A stretch of DNA of 56,146 nucleotides from Bacteroidota bacterium (GCA_949487855.1 CATAMV010000035.1:1-56146), one strand, 5' to 3'; positions 19,225 to 31,771 are shown, counted from the first letter of the stretch. Made by a program: numbers and translations. Notes: generated by a model from the letters alone, not told the origin.

Positions 19225-20814
19225 ATGAACACACAAGCAAAATTATTCATTTCTACCATTTTTATTGCATTACTCGCAAGCTGTAGTTCTAGCAAGCGTG
19301 GATCAAATGTATCGCAAGGTACAGGTATTGAGATAAACTCTAGCCGAGGAGGATTTCAATACAAAACAAATTATAAAGGACAAGAAACTGGACCTGGATT
19401 AGTTTTTGTTCCTGGAGGAACTTTTGTTAAAGGAAGGGTTCAAGACGACGTCATGCGCGATTGGAATAATGCGCCTGTTCGTGTACAGGTACGTTCGTTT
19501 TTTATGGACGAAACCGAGGTTACCAACCTCATGTATATTGAATATCTAGATTGGCTAGAACGCGTTTACAAGAAAAAATACCCAGATGTGTATATAGCTG
19601 CCATTCCAGACACGATGGTATGGAGAAATCCTTTAGGATTTAATGAAGATATGGTGAACAACTACTTACGTCACCCTGCATTTAGAGATTATCCTGTTGT
19701 GGGTGTTACTTGGCAGCAAGCTACAAACTATGCCAAATGGCGAACTGAGCGTGTGAATGAGAATCTTTTGGAACGTGAGGGGTATGTTGAAAAAGGAGTT
19801 AGCCTTCAAATTGATAGTATCGTACCAGGAAGTGAGTTTAATACCCGAACGCATTTGCTTGCTCCAGACAAATCTTACGGCGGTACTTTTGCTGATAAAG
19901 CTGGACGTACTGCTCAACCAAAAAGCAGAGATGCTGATTCTACAGCACTAAATTATGTGAAAATCGAAGACGGATTATTCTTACCCAAATACCGCCTCCC
20001 CACTGAAGCGGAATGGGAATATGCTGCTTTGGGTCTATCAGAACTACGTGAATACAACAGCTACCGAGGAAAAAAGAAATACCCTTGGGCTGGCTCATCT
20101 ACACGTTCTATCAAACGCAAAAACGAAGGGGACCAATTGGCAAATTTCAAGCAGGGTAAAGGAGACTACAGTGGTGTTTCGGGCTGGTCTTCAGATAATG
20201 CAGACATTACAGCTCCTGTTCGCGCTTATCCTCCAAATGACTTTGGACTACACTGTATGGCAGGAAATGTTGCCGAATGGGTAGCAGATGTTTATCGTCC
20301 CATTGTGGATAACAATATTTCAGACATGAGCTATTATAGAGGAAATCTCTATGCAAAACCATCAATTGGCCCTGAAGGAAAAACTGTTATTGTTGATGAC
20401 GTGAAGTTAGATACTATGCCCAATAATAAAATTTACATTAAATCACTTCCAGGCGAAGTTAAGTTTGTATCAATTGACACACTTGAAGACGCAACATTAA
20501 GACCAAACTTTAACAAAGCCTATAATAGTGATTATATGGATGGTGATGACGAATCTAATCCCACGAAGCAAGACATGTACAAATTTGCAGTAGGAGAAGA
20601 CGGTAAAATTAACCAAGACAAAAGCAATGTTAAATCACTTATTTCAGATCAAACACGTGTTGTAAAAGGCGGGTCGTGGAAAGATCGTTCTTATTGGTTA
20701 GATCCTGCACAAAGACGCTATTTACCAGAGTTTATGGCGGCTGATTTTATAGGATTTAGATGTGCCATGTCATACCTAGGAGAAAGCAATGTAAAGAAAC
20801 GTCCGCGCGACTAA
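19225..20814 (+). CDS. gldJ: Gliding motility lipoprotein GldJ (FGE/SUMF1-like domain)
   Basis: 529 aa with lipobox LLASCSS and FGE-sulfatase-like blocks (VTWQQATNYAKW, NVAEWVADVY, VVKGGSWKD, GFRCA). Followed 3 nt later by murF. Confidence 0.85.
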   Translation: MNTQAKLFISTIFIALLASCSSSKRGSNVSQGTGIEINSSRGGFQYKTNYKGQETGPGLVFVPGGTFVKGRVQDDVMRDWNNAPVRVQVRSFFMDETEVTNLMYIEYLDWLERVYKKKYPDVYIAAIPDTMVWRNPLGFNEDMVNNYLRHPAFRDYPVVGVTWQQATNYAKWRTERVNENLLEREGYVEKGVSLQIDSIVPGSEFNTRTHLLAPDKSYGGTFADKAGRTAQPKSRDADSTALNYVKIEDGLFLPKYRLPTEAEWEYAALGLSELREYNSYRGKKKYPWAGSSTRSIKRKNEGDQLANFKQGKGDYSGVSGWSSDNADITAPVRAYPPNDFGLHCMAGNVAEWVADVYRPIVDNNISDMSYYRGNLYAKPSIGPEGKTVIVDDVKLDTMPNNKIYIKSLPGEVKFVSIDTLEDATLRPNFNKAYNSDYMDGDDESNPTKQDMYKFAVGEDGKINQDKSNVKSLISDQTRVVKGGSWKDRSYWLDPAQRRYLPEFMAADFIGFRCAMSYLGESNVKKRPRD

Positions 20815-20817
20815 CAC

Positions 20818-22074
20818 ATGGTCTCGCTTCAAGACGTTTACGCACTTTTTCTATCTGCCTCAGGTGTAGAAACCGATAGTCGCAAATCCCTTGACAACAA
20901 ACTCTTTTTCGCACTTAAAGGCGAAAACTTTGATGGAAACTCATATGCGATTAATGTTATAGAAAATGGAGCTATTGCAGCTATTGTGGACAACTCTGAA
21001 ATAGCCGCAACACATTCAAATTGTTATTTGGTTGATGACGTACTGCAAACACTTCAAAATCTTGCCAATCATCATAGAAATCAATTTCAAATACCTGTCA
21101 TTGCGCTTACTGGAAGTAACGGAAAAACTACTACCAAAGAGCTTCTTACTGCCGTGCTTAGCACATCGTACAGTGTATTGGCAACAAAAGGAAATTTGAA
21201 CAACCACATTGGCGTTCCACTAACACTTCTTCAATTAACACAAACACACACCCATGCGCTTATAGAAATGGGCGCAAATCATTTGAACGAAATTGATTTT
21301 TTATGCGGTATTGCACAACCTACGCATGGCTTAATTACCAACGTAGGTAAAGCCCACCTTGAGGGATTTGGTTCTGAGGAAGGAGTATTAAAAGGGAAAA
21401 CAGAACTTTATAGATTTCTAGAAGAAAACGATGGGGTTGTTTTTGTAAATCAAGAAGATTCAAAACTTCTGAGAGAACTCGAGAAAAACAAAAAAATTAC
21501 TTATACGCCCTCAGCATTTTCAATTCGTACTGAACACCCAACACTAGAGTTAATTTATAACGGTGTTGAAATTCACACAAAATTGGCAGGTAGTTACAAC
21601 ATAACCAACATTGCTGCGGCTCTATGCGTGGGAAATGCCTTTGGCATTTCTACGGAAAAATGCATAACTGCAATTTCGGATTATACTCCTGTGAATCATC
21701 GCTCACAATTGATACAAAAAAACAATAAAAGCATCGTTCTTGACGCCTATAACGCAAACCCAACAAGCATGCGTGCTGCCGTAATTTCCTTTGCTAAAAG
21801 AGTAGGGAAAAAAGCTGTGCTTTTGGGAACTATGGCGGAACTTGGAACACACGAAGCAAAAGAACATGAGGCACTCGTAAAGCTTGTAAAAAACATGGGG
21901 ATTGAGTATTGCTATTGGGTAGGCAATCCCTATAAATCTTTTGTGGATTCAAACTGGTTTGAAACGACCGAAGCTCTTGAAGTTCACCTGAAAAACAACC
22001 CTATTGAAGTGGATGAAATTTTGGTGAAAGGTTCTAGAAGTACAAGACTAGAAAAGCTATTACCATTTATTTAG
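20818..22074 (+). CDS. murF: UDP-N-acetylmuramoyl-tripeptide--D-alanyl-D-alanine ligase
   Basis: 418 aa with the Mur ligase P-loop TGSNGKTTTKE. The overall pattern is MurF-like (NVGKAHLEGFGS, DAYNANPTSM). Confidence 0.93.
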   Translation: MVSLQDVYALFLSASGVETDSRKSLDNKLFFALKGENFDGNSYAINVIENGAIAAIVDNSEIAATHSNCYLVDDVLQTLQNLANHHRNQFQIPVIALTGSNGKTTTKELLTAVLSTSYSVLATKGNLNNHIGVPLTLLQLTQTHTHALIEMGANHLNEIDFLCGIAQPTHGLITNVGKAHLEGFGSEEGVLKGKTELYRFLEENDGVVFVNQEDSKLLRELEKNKKITYTPSAFSIRTEHPTLELIYNGVEIHTKLAGSYNITNIAAALCVGNAFGISTEKCITAISDYTPVNHRSQLIQKNNKSIVLDAYNANPTSMRAAVISFAKRVGKKAVLLGTMAELGTHEAKEHEALVKLVKNMGIEYCYWVGNPYKSFVDSNWFETTEALEVHLKNNPIEVDEILVKGSRSTRLEKLLPFI

Positions 22075-22079
22075 AAAAG

Positions 22080-22154
22080 TGGGTCATATTGGATTCGAAC
22101 CAATGACTTCCGCCCTGTCAAGGCGACACTCTGAACCAACTGAGTTAATGACCC
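22080..22154 (-). tRNA. tRNA-Val (anticodon GAC)
   Basis: I folded the reverse complement GGGTCATTAACTCAGTTGGTTCAGAGTGTCGCCTTGACAGGGCGGAAGTCATTGGTTCGAATCCAATATGACCCA by hand. It has a 7-bp acceptor stem, a 4-bp D stem, a 5-bp anticodon stem with loop TTGACAG, a 5-bp T stem with TTCGAAT, and discriminator A. CCA is not encoded. Confidence 0.95.
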
Positions 22155-22161
22155 AAGATTA

Positions 22162-22169
22162 CAAAAGTA
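22162..22169 (-). promoter_or_regulatory. Candidate -7 promoter box (TACTTTTG on the minus strand) for tRNA-Val
   Basis: Exact TAnnTTTG, ending 7 nt upstream of tRNA position +1. That is the spacing expected between the -7 box and the transcription start. Confidence 0.5.
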
Positions 22170-22187
22170 ATGAATTCATTTATTCCG

Positions 22188-22195
22188 TAAATTTG
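22188..22195 (+). promoter_or_regulatory. Candidate -7 promoter box (TAAATTTG) for the flavin reductase / O-methyltransferase pair
   Basis: Exact TAnnTTTG, ending 11 nt before the ATG at 22207. This would give a very short leader. Confidence 0.35.
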
Positions 22196-22206
22196 TAAAA
22201 AAGCCA

Positions 22207-22830
22207 ATGATACATTACACCCGTGCGGACATTGACCAAATGGATAAAATTTTCCGTCTTAATCTTATTAACAGCTGCACAGGATTCAAATCTGCGAATT
22301 TATTAGGAACAAAATCCACAAATGGCGCGCCCAATGTAGCTGTCTTTAGCAGCATCACACACTTGGGAAGTAATCCGCCTCTTATTGGTTTTGTATTGCG
22401 TCCAACGACTGTTCCGCGAGATACCTATAAAAACATTAAAGAAACCAACTTTTTTACTGTGAATCATATTCACAGCACTATCGTTGAAGATGCGCATCAT
22501 ACTTCAGCAAAATATCCTACTGAAATTTCAGAATTTTCACAAACACAACTGGAAGAAGAATATTTAGAAGATTTTTATGCTCCTTATGTCAAAGGAGCAA
22601 AAATAAGATTAGGATGTAGGTTTTTAAACGAATACGAAATTAAAGAGAATGACACACTGCTGCTTGTCAGTCAAATTGAGCATGTATATGTTTCGGATCA
22701 AGATATTCTGCAAAAAGATGGCTGGTTAAAACTTCAAAACGCTGATACGGTAACCATCAATGGTTTAGATGGTTATGCCAAAACAGAACTCATTGAGAGA
22801 TTCCCTTACGCAAGGCCTAAAAAAACATGA
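22207..22830 (+). CDS. Flavin reductase-like (FMN-binding split-barrel) family protein
   Basis: 207 aa, ATG verified. The assignment rests on pattern similarity (NVAVFSSITHLGSNPPLIGFVLRP) only. Its stop overlaps the next ATG (ATGA). Confidence 0.6.
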   Translation: MIHYTRADIDQMDKIFRLNLINSCTGFKSANLLGTKSTNGAPNVAVFSSITHLGSNPPLIGFVLRPTTVPRDTYKNIKETNFFTVNHIHSTIVEDAHHTSAKYPTEISEFSQTQLEEEYLEDFYAPYVKGAKIRLGCRFLNEYEIKENDTLLLVSQIEHVYVSDQDILQKDGWLKLQNADTVTINGLDGYAKTELIERFPYARPKKT

Positions 22831-23462
22831 ATTTTTTAGCTGAAAATTTAGAAACATACGTACAGCAACACTCGGAACAAGAGCCGCAGTTATTGCAAGA
22901 ATTGGCGCGAGAAACTCATCTCAAAGTGCTACAACCAAGAATGTTAAGCGGTGCTTACCAAGGGCGATTGTTATCTCTTATTTCTAAATTAATTAATCCT
23001 AAACACGTTTTGGAAATTGGCACATATACAGGCTATTCGGCGCTGTGTATCGCAGAAGGATTACACGCAAACGGACGCATAGACACTATTGACATTAATG
23101 AGGAGTTAACTGATATGCAACGGCGCTATTTTGATGCGTCTGGATATGGGAAACAAATTTTTCAGCATTTGGGAAATGCAGCTGAGATTATCCCAGCTTT
23201 GAATGGGACTTTTGATTTGGTTTTCATAGATGCAGACAAAGAACAGTACCCGCTTTATTTTGATTTGATAATAGAGCGCATACAAGCCGGCGGTTTGATC
23301 ATTGCAGATAATGTCCTGTGGTCTGGAAAAGTAGTTAATCATGCCACAGACGAAGCCACACAAGCACTACAACTATTTAATAGGAAAATGGTGGAAGACA
23401 ACCGGGTAGAAAACGTATTATTAACTGTTAGAGATGGCTTAACGCTTATTCGAAAAATTTAG
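22827..23462 (+). CDS. Class I SAM-dependent O-methyltransferase (caffeoyl-CoA OMT-like)
   Basis: 211 aa with SAM motif VLEIGTYTGYSAL, the metal/acidic block FIDADKEQY, and ADNVLWSGKV. Confidence 0.85.
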   Translation: MNFLAENLETYVQQHSEQEPQLLQELARETHLKVLQPRMLSGAYQGRLLSLISKLINPKHVLEIGTYTGYSALCIAEGLHANGRIDTIDINEELTDMQRRYFDASGYGKQIFQHLGNAAEIIPALNGTFDLVFIDADKEQYPLYFDLIIERIQAGGLIIADNVLWSGKVVNHATDEATQALQLFNRKMVEDNRVENVLLTVRDGLTLIRKI

Positions 23463-23722
23463 CGTCTACGCTTAACTGTGCCTGTAATTTCGTTGATTTC
23501 TTTTTTTAGGTCATCAACTTCTTTTTGAAGTTCTTTGGTGTCTAACCCTTGCGCCTCAGCAGACTTTTCCAATTCTTCTCGAAAATCTCTACTGGCACTT
23601 TTTACGTGCTGGATTCCTTTGGCAAGAGTACGCGCAATTTCAGGAACACGATTTGCGCCAAAAACCAATAGCACTATCATAAACACAAAAACAAGCTCAG
23701 CTCCGCTAATAAAAAATAACAT
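23459..23722 (-). CDS. tatA: Twin-arginine translocase TatA/TatE family subunit
   Basis: 87 aa with an N-terminal TM helix followed by FGANRVPEIARTLAKGI and a charged tail. ATG verified. Confidence 0.85.
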   Translation of the reverse strand: MLFFISGAELVFVFMIVLLVFGANRVPEIARTLAKGIQHVKSASRDFREELEKSAEAQGLDTKELQKEVDDLKKEINEITGTVKRRR

Positions 23723-23801
23723 GCGTTAAAGATACAGCAATAGTTGAAGTTAGCATAATGAACAAAAATTGAAATAAAGCCACTATAAAGTTAGCAATAA
23801 A

Positions 23802-24971
23802 TTAACCAATTACGCCAGAGCCAATGCATTCGTCATGCAAGTACCACGCGGCAAACTGCCCAGCAGCAATTGCAGATTGAGGCGTATCAAAAACCAAGAA
23901 TACTCCTGTAGAAGAAGGGTGCAGCATGGCCTTAGCCAAAGGCTGACGGTAACGAATACGCGCTTGTATTTCCATGGGGTGGTCTGTAGCTAAATCGGGG
24001 CGTATCCAATGAACGTCTTCTTTCGAAATCCATAGTACATAGCGGTACAACCCTGGGTGATTTTTTCCTTCGCCCACATAAATTGTATTTGTTTTTACAT
24101 CGGTAGCCAATACAAATAACGGTTCTACTGTACCACCAACCGCTAGTCCTTTACGCTGTCCAACCGTAAAAAAATGAGCCCCATTATGCGTTCCTACTTT
24201 TTTACCGTCTGTTGAGACGTAAGTGAATTTTTTTGCTAATCCTTCAGGTGTACTTTCGTGTAGTTCGCTGTACATTGGGTGTGAGCTGGGTACTTGGACG
24301 ATATCGCCTTTTTTAACAGCAAGTTTTTGTTGTAAAAAATCGGGTAGGCTCACCTTTCCAATAAAGCAAAGTCCTTGAGAGTCGCGTTTTTCAGCGGTAA
24401 TAAGTCCTTGTTCAGCAGCAATTTTACGCACTTCACTTTTTTGTAATCCTCCAATGGGAAATAATGTTTTGGCTAATTGTGCTTGGTTAAGTTGACATAA
24501 AAAATAAGATTGATCTTTGTTGGAATCGGCACCAGCCAAGAGTTGATAGGTAGTGTTGGATGAAGTGATTATTTCTCCTTTTTGGCAATAGTGTCCCGTA
24601 GCAACGAAGTCTGCTCCTAAAGAAAAAGCAATATCTAAAAATACATCAAATTTAATTTCACGATTACACAACACATCAGGATTTGGTGTGCGGCCGCGTT
24701 TGTATTCAGCAAACATATAATCTACGATACGTGCTTTATATTGCTCGCTTAAATCAACGGTTTGAAACGGAATACCAAGAGTATCCGCTACAAGCATAGC
24801 GTCGTTGCTGTCTTCTAGCCATGGACACTCATCAGAAAGCGTAACGGAGTCATCATGCCAATTTTTCATAAATAAGCCTATAACCTCATAGCCTTGTTGT
24901 AGCAATAAATAAGCTGCCACGCTAGAGTCAACGCCTCCTGAAAGTCCGATAATAACACGTTTTCCTTGCAT
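23802..24971 (-). CDS. mnmA: tRNA 2-thiouridine(34) synthase
   Basis: 389 aa with PP-loop [12 protein letters not shown] and MnmA blocks ([21 protein letters not shown]). Confidence 0.95.
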   Translation of the reverse strand: MQGKRVIIGLSGGVDSSVAAYLLLQQGYEVIGLFMKNWHDDSVTLSDECPWLEDSNDAMLVADTLGIPFQTVDLSEQYKARIVDYMFAEYKRGRTPNPDVLCNREIKFDVFLDIAFSLGADFVATGHYCQKGEIITSSNTTYQLLAGADSNKDQSYFLCQLNQAQLAKTLFPIGGLQKSEVRKIAAEQGLITAEKRDSQGLCFIGKVSLPDFLQQKLAVKKGDIVQVPSSHPMYSELHESTPEGLAKKFTYVSTDGKKVGTHNGAHFFTVGQRKGLAVGGTVEPLFVLATDVKTNTIYVGEGKNHPGLYRYVLWISKEDVHWIRPDLATDHPMEIQARIRYRQPLAKAMLHPSSTGVFLVFDTPQSAIAAGQFAAWYLHDECIGSGVIG

Positions 24972-25034
24972 AGCGCAAAGTTAAGCAGGTTGATACCGCT
25001 CTACCAAACTAGTAATGAAGTGTTTGTGAGTGGT

Positions 25035-26834
25035 TTATTTACGAAGCTTTTTTTGGCGTTCAGCTTCTTCCATCATCTCAGCCATTTTACGCTGAAAACG
25101 ATTTTGCTTTTTTGGTTTCTTTTTGTTTTCCTCAATCTGGGCATGGATTTTATCTTGGTCAATAATTACGTTTTTAACCACAATCATAATTGCAATCATC
25201 AGCAGGTTTGAGATCACGTAATACAAACTAAATCCACTTGCGTAATTATTAAAGAAAAACAACATCATTACCGGCATCAAATACATGATAAATTTCATGT
25301 TAGGCATACCGGGTTGAGAAGGTTGCATTTGTTGCCCAGTGGTCATTCGCGTGTAGAAAAATATCGCTACAGAAGCCAATAATGGAAACAAGCTAATATG
25401 ATCGCCATAAAACGGAACAGTAAACGGTAGCTCAGCAATTACGTCATAAGATGATAGGTCATCTGCCCACAAAAAAGATTTTCCTCGCAACTCATAAGCG
25501 ATTGGGAAAAAGTAAAACAGGGCAAAGAATACTGGCATTTGTATTAATGCAGGAATACAACCCGCAAGCGGACTTGCACCAGCCTTGGTGTAAAGTTTCA
25601 TGGTTTCCTGCTGACGCTTGGTAGCATCATTTTTATACTTTTCACTTATCTCAGAAATTTCTGGTTTTAAAACACGCATTTTTGCTTGAGAAACATAGGA
25701 TTTATACAATACCGGCGATAACACCAAACGTACAATTACAGTAAGTAAAATGATGGCAATCCCGTGTGGTACTAAGCCCGTTAGAAAACCAAAAAGTGGG
25801 TAAAATACCGAGCGGTTTATCCAGCCAATAAGCCCCCACCCGAACGAAATACTTTCAAATAAATTCTCATCGTAATTTTTAAGTATAGCGTAATCTGTTG
25901 GACCCATATACCAATCAAAATTGACCTGAAAACGGTTACGGTCATACGGAAGCGATGTTTCTGTAGAAAAACCTTTTAGGAACGCAGAGGATTCTACTTC
26001 TTCATCAGTCATATCTGTTGCGCTAAGTAATGCTTGCTCAAAAGGTTGTTCTGGAATCAGGATGCTGCTAAAAAAGTGTTGGCGGTAGGAAACCCATTCC
26101 ACAGCTTTTTCTTTATCGTCGTCGTCGCCCGAAGCAGAAAGCGTGCTGTACTTGTCGTTTTCGTGACGGTATGCCAATTGTGTATATCGGTTTTCATATT
26201 GGGCACTTTTAGCATGTCGAAAACCGTCCATATTCCATGTAAAAGCAGCAGGAATTGCTGTATCTAGTGCATTTTCAATGCCTTCAGCAACCACTTCAAA
26301 ACCAAAACGAAATCCATTTTTTGGAAGTGTATATACAAATTCAATATATCCGCTTGGCTCAATGGGTGCACGAAGCCTTAATTCTTGTCCTTTTTTGTTT
26401 GTGGTAACGGTTGGAGAGAACATCAGAAACTTAGTTTGCAACAACTGACCAGCAGCGGTTGTAAAAGCGAAGTTAATTGAGCTGTTTTGTTTTTCAATTA
26501 GATATAAAGGTGCATCTTGATAGTTTACCTCACCATTTAAAAGCACTTGCTGCATAATTCCCCCTTTGGTAGAAATTCCAAGAGAAAGCACGTCATTTTT
26601 AAGTGTTACGGTTTCTTCAGTAATGTCATTTGAAGCAGGTAATTCTGCAGGAGTAACTATTGCTTGATCTGACGTTTGGTTTTGGGATTCCGTAACTGCT
26701 TCTGAAGTTTGTACTTCTTGGGTGTTAGCTAATGCCAAATCCTCAGCGGATTGGTTGTACATCATCCATGTGAAAATGACAAAGACGAGTACCATGCCTA
26801 TGATTTGTAAGGGGTCTATCCTACGTTGTTCCAT
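25035..26834 (-). CDS. yidC: Membrane protein insertase YidC (long Bacteroidetes type)
   Basis: 599 aa with an N-terminal TM segment, a large periplasmic domain, and a C-terminal 60-kDa IMP core (GIAIILLTVIVRLVLSP, GCIPALIQMPVFFALF). Confidence 0.93.
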   Translation of the reverse strand: MEQRRIDPLQIIGMVLVFVIFTWMMYNQSAEDLALANTQEVQTSEAVTESQNQTSDQAIVTPAELPASNDITEETVTLKNDVLSLGISTKGGIMQQVLLNGEVNYQDAPLYLIEKQNSSINFAFTTAAGQLLQTKFLMFSPTVTTNKKGQELRLRAPIEPSGYIEFVYTLPKNGFRFGFEVVAEGIENALDTAIPAAFTWNMDGFRHAKSAQYENRYTQLAYRHENDKYSTLSASGDDDDKEKAVEWVSYRQHFFSSILIPEQPFEQALLSATDMTDEEVESSAFLKGFSTETSLPYDRNRFQVNFDWYMGPTDYAILKNYDENLFESISFGWGLIGWINRSVFYPLFGFLTGLVPHGIAIILLTVIVRLVLSPVLYKSYVSQAKMRVLKPEISEISEKYKNDATKRQQETMKLYTKAGASPLAGCIPALIQMPVFFALFYFFPIAYELRGKSFLWADDLSSYDVIAELPFTVPFYGDHISLFPLLASVAIFFYTRMTTGQQMQPSQPGMPNMKFIMYLMPVMMLFFFNNYASGFSLYYVISNLLMIAIMIVVKNVIIDQDKIHAQIEENKKKPKKQNRFQRKMAEMMEEAERQKKLRK

Positions 26835-26837
26835 TCG

Positions 26838-28469
<1,632 letters not shown>

Positions 28470-28478
28470 TTAAAGGTG

Positions 28479-28486
28479 CAAAAATA
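28479..28486 (-). promoter_or_regulatory. Candidate -7 promoter box (TATTTTTG on the minus strand) for pyrG
   Basis: Exact TAnnTTTG, ending 21 nt upstream of the pyrG ATG in a 40-nt spacer. Confidence 0.35.
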
Positions 28487-28497
28487 CAAAGAATAAA

Positions 28498-30288
28498 CTA
28501 CCTAGACTGCAACGAATCCAGGACGATACTAGGAGGTTTAACTTCAATCATTTCAAACCCTTGTTGCTGAATGATATAAGTGGCCGTATTTTCATAACCA
28601 CCACTAGGAATTGGGGAGTACTTAAATCGATGTTGAAGTTGTTCTCCAAGTCCCAATGAAACGCCATTATATAAATTTCGTTTTACAGCAATGCGAAGTG
28701 CTACATCAATCATCACATCAAAGCCTTTTACTGCTGTTCGGTTAGGTACTTTACCAAAACGCCTTTTATAAGAAGCGTCAAATTTTAATCTCGTACTATC
28801 TTGTTTAATATGAAAATTACTTGGGTATGTAAATCGTATATTCCCTAAATGTTCTTGTGAAACGTTGGGGTCGTCATAAGTTGCTGAACGATAATGTGTA
28901 AACAATTGCACTTGTCTATCATCTCGTTGTTGAGCATTTAGCATAGACGTCATGCTTGTAATAAGATTTAAGTCTTCACTCTCTAAAAACACCCAATTTG
29001 GTCGTGTTGGTGTAAGCAATGAATCTACAACGTCAGGCTCTACATATCCAAATCGTTCATTGGGTCGAATAAATTCTGCAAGTGGAAATTGCTCTTGTAA
29101 TCTCAACTCTGTTTTTCGATTTTTATCATCAGAAATAATTAAAATACATGGATTTTCAGTGATGGCATCAAGTGAGTCTATATACGTAGCTATTCGTTTG
29201 CTTAGATTTTTTTTACTTGGAATGGAGTTAAAACTCGTTTTATAGGATTTAAAATTACGCGGTGTCAATGGAGAAACAACTGGTGTATTAAAAAAACTTA
29301 GTGCCTGCGAAACACGACTTACATTTCCTGGCGTAAACGGTCCAATAACAGCATCAAATTGAGTAAAATTATGTTGATTGAGTATTTGTTCAACAATGTG
29401 ACGTTGATTTTCAGTATCAAAAACAGTTAGTTCAACACTTAAGCCAGCCGCATTCAGACTATCTGTAGCAAAAAGGATTCCCGCATAAAAGTCCAAAGCA
29501 ACAGTGGTAAGGTTGCGCTCTGTAAGTGTTTTTTCGGTTTGTAGCACAGAGTTCAATTCAATACGCGATAGGCGGAACGGTGCCATCAGCGCAATGCGAA
29601 CTACAGGTGTTACAAACGTACTGTCCCAAAAACTCGGTTTTGAAAAAAGTTGGGTTTTTTGTTGCAACAACGTATCCGTTTCTATTTTTGGGATTTTTAG
29701 CACCATACCTGCTTGCAAATCTACGCTGATAAGCTCAGGGTTTAAGGCAGTCAGTTTCTCACGACTCAGTCCTAATTTTTGTTCAATTCTATAATAGCCT
29801 TCTCTTGGCTGCACTGTATAATAGCTAAACTGTGCTGCTTTTTCTTCGGCTGTTTTTATTGGAACTTTCAGTGACGCCCCAATGGAAAGCGTATCCCCTA
29901 CTTCAGTGTTTAATATACGTAGGGAGTCTATTGAAATTCCGTACGTATAGGCCACGCGCCAAAGGGTTTCTTTAGGAGCTACAACATGATTTCCAAATGC
30001 AGGAGCTGATATAATCTTGACGACTTTTTTGTAGCGCGGTATTTTAAGCTTGTCTCGCTTGCGAATCCCTTTTTTTGCAAATGGATTGTGCGCAATAATC
30101 TGTTCTGTGCTGATGTCATATCTAGATGCGATGGCATCAAGGGTTTCTTTCTTTTTTACTTTGTGGACAACAAAATGCGACACTTCAGGCTGTTGCGCAA
30201 CACCCGCAATGCAAAAAAGTAGAAATACAAAAACAATAAAACGTTTACTCCCACTCAATGGTTGCAGGAGGTTTTGAACTAATATCAT
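28498..30288 (-). CDS. Secreted LysM-repeat protein fused to a periplasmic-binding-protein (type 1, Leu/Ile/Val-binding-like) domain
   Basis: There are three LysM-like repeats ([57 protein letters not shown]) followed by a domain of about 380 aa. The start is ambiguous: ATG at 30354, ATG at 30288, or TTG at 30258. The TTG would give the cleanest signal peptide, [23 protein letters not shown]. All three options overlap the guaA 3' end. Confidence 0.75.
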   Translation of the reverse strand: MILVQNLLQPLSGSKRFIVFVFLLFCIAGVAQQPEVSHFVVHKVKKKETLDAIASRYDISTEQIIAHNPFAKKGIRKRDKLKIPRYKKVVKIISAPAFGNHVVAPKETLWRVAYTYGISIDSLRILNTEVGDTLSIGASLKVPIKTAEEKAAQFSYYTVQPREGYYRIEQKLGLSREKLTALNPELISVDLQAGMVLKIPKIETDTLLQQKTQLFSKPSFWDSTFVTPVVRIALMAPFRLSRIELNSVLQTEKTLTERNLTTVALDFYAGILFATDSLNAAGLSVELTVFDTENQRHIVEQILNQHNFTQFDAVIGPFTPGNVSRVSQALSFFNTPVVSPLTPRNFKSYKTSFNSIPSKKNLSKRIATYIDSLDAITENPCILIISDDKNRKTELRLQEQFPLAEFIRPNERFGYVEPDVVDSLLTPTRPNWVFLESEDLNLITSMTSMLNAQQRDDRQVQLFTHYRSATYDDPNVSQEHLGNIRFTYPSNFHIKQDSTRLKFDASYKRRFGKVPNRTAVKGFDVMIDVALRIAVKRNLYNGVSLGLGEQLQHRFKYSPIPSGGYENTATYIIQQQGFEMIEVKPPSIVLDSLQSR

Positions 30289-31771
30289 ATACCACACGGT
30301 TAATTCCTGGAACACGATTAATGATTTGGTTTGAAATTTCTTGTAAGAATTCATAAGGCAAATGTACCCAATCTGCGGTCATTCCGTCTGTTGACGTTAC
30401 TGCACGAAGGGCAACGCACTTTTCATACGTACGCTCATCTCCCATTACGCCAACCGAATTTACGGGAAGTAGCATTACACCTGCTTGCCACACCTTATCA
30501 TACAAACCATGGTCGCGTAATCCTTGTATAAAAATGGCATCTGCTTCTTGCAGCATTTTCACTTTTTCTCTTGTAATATCGCCCAAAATACGGATAGCGA
30601 GTCCAGGTCCAGGAAAGGGATGCCGTCCTAAAATTGACGGAGCCATATTAAGGCTTGCACCTACCCTACGCACTTCGTCTTTGAACAACATATTCAAGGG
30701 TTCTACCACTTTAAGCTTCATAAAATCTGGAAGGCCACCAACATTGTGATGTGACTTAATGGTTGCCGAAGGTCCATTTACAGAAACAGATTCAATCACA
30801 TCTGGGTAAATAGTTCCCTGTGCTAGCCACTTAGCACCTTCTACTTTATTGGCCTCATCATCAAAAACTTCTACAAAAACACGCCCAATAATTTTTCGCT
30901 TGGTTTCAGGATCGCTGACACCTTCTAATTGACTTAAAAATGCGTCGGTGGCATCAACCCCTTTAACGTTAAGCCCCATGTGTTCATACTGCACAAGCAC
31001 TTCCGAGAATTCATCTTTACGTAAAAGTCCATTGTTGACAAAAATACAATGCAAGTTTGCACCAATAGCCTTGTGTAATAAAATGGCAGCAACAGACGAA
31101 TCTACACCTCCGCTAAGACCTAAAATTACTTTATCTTCTCCTAATTGCTCTTTTAATTGAGCTACTGTAGTATCTACAAAAGCGTCAGAAGTCCAATCTG
31201 GTGTAATACCAGCAATATCAACTAAAAAGTTCTTTAACAACTGTTTTCCGTCCGTGGAATGATATACCTCAGGATGAAACTGAATACCAAAGGTCATGTT
31301 ATCATCCATGGTATATGCAGCATTTGCAACATCTTGAGTTGATGCTAATTGCGTGGCATTTTCTGGCAATTTTTTTATGGTATCACTATGACTCATCCAC
31401 ACTTGGGAGTCCTGCGGAACATTCTTTAAAAACGGGTGTTTTTCAACGTTTGCCAAACGCGCGCGTCCATACTCCCTAGTGCTAGAAGGCGCAACTTCAC
31501 CGCCGTTAAAATGCGCTAAATACTGAGCACCGTAACACACGCCAAGAAGTGGCACTTTAGTTCGGATTTTACTTAAATCGGGATGTGGCGCATCATCAGA
31601 GCGCACCGAAAAAGGGGAGCCCGAAAGGATAACTGCCTTAAAAGTGCTTACATCTGCTGGAAGGCTATGGAAAGGGTGAATTTCACAAAAAATGGAGAGT
31701 TCTCGAACACGGCGTGCAATAAGCTGTGTGTATTGCGAACCAAAATCGAGAATGAGAACTTTGTTTTGCAT
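30245..31771 (-). CDS. guaA: GMP synthase (glutamine-hydrolysing)
   Basis: The track start at 31777 is a TTG. The ATG at 31771 gives [24 protein letters not shown], the usual GuaA N-terminus. PP-loop [10 protein letters not shown]; C-terminal ATIEWE. Confidence 0.97.
   Translation of the reverse strand: MQNKVLILDFGSQYTQLIARRVRELSIFCEIHPFHSLPADVSTFKAVILSGSPFSVRSDDAPHPDLSKIRTKVPLLGVCYGAQYLAHFNGGEVAPSSTREYGRARLANVEKHPFLKNVPQDSQVWMSHSDTIKKLPENATQLASTQDVANAAYTMDDNMTFGIQFHPEVYHSTDGKQLLKNFLVDIAGITPDWTSDAFVDTTVAQLKEQLGEDKVILGLSGGVDSSVAAILLHKAIGANLHCIFVNNGLLRKDEFSEVLVQYEHMGLNVKGVDATDAFLSQLEGVSDPETKRKIIGRVFVEVFDDEANKVEGAKWLAQGTIYPDVIESVSVNGPSATIKSHHNVGGLPDFMKLKVVEPLNMLFKDEVRRVGASLNMAPSILGRHPFPGPGLAIRILGDITREKVKMLQEADAIFIQGLRDHGLYDKVWQAGVMLLPVNSVGVMGDERTYEKCVALRAVTSTDGMTADWVHLPYEFLQEISNQIINRVPGINRVVYDISSKPPATIEWE

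Noticed and set aside
23744-23795. The octamer AGTTAGCA occurring twice in the 79-nt mnmA/tatA spacer.
   Set aside because: It is short and has no symmetry or known motif. I cannot distinguish it from chance without comparative data.
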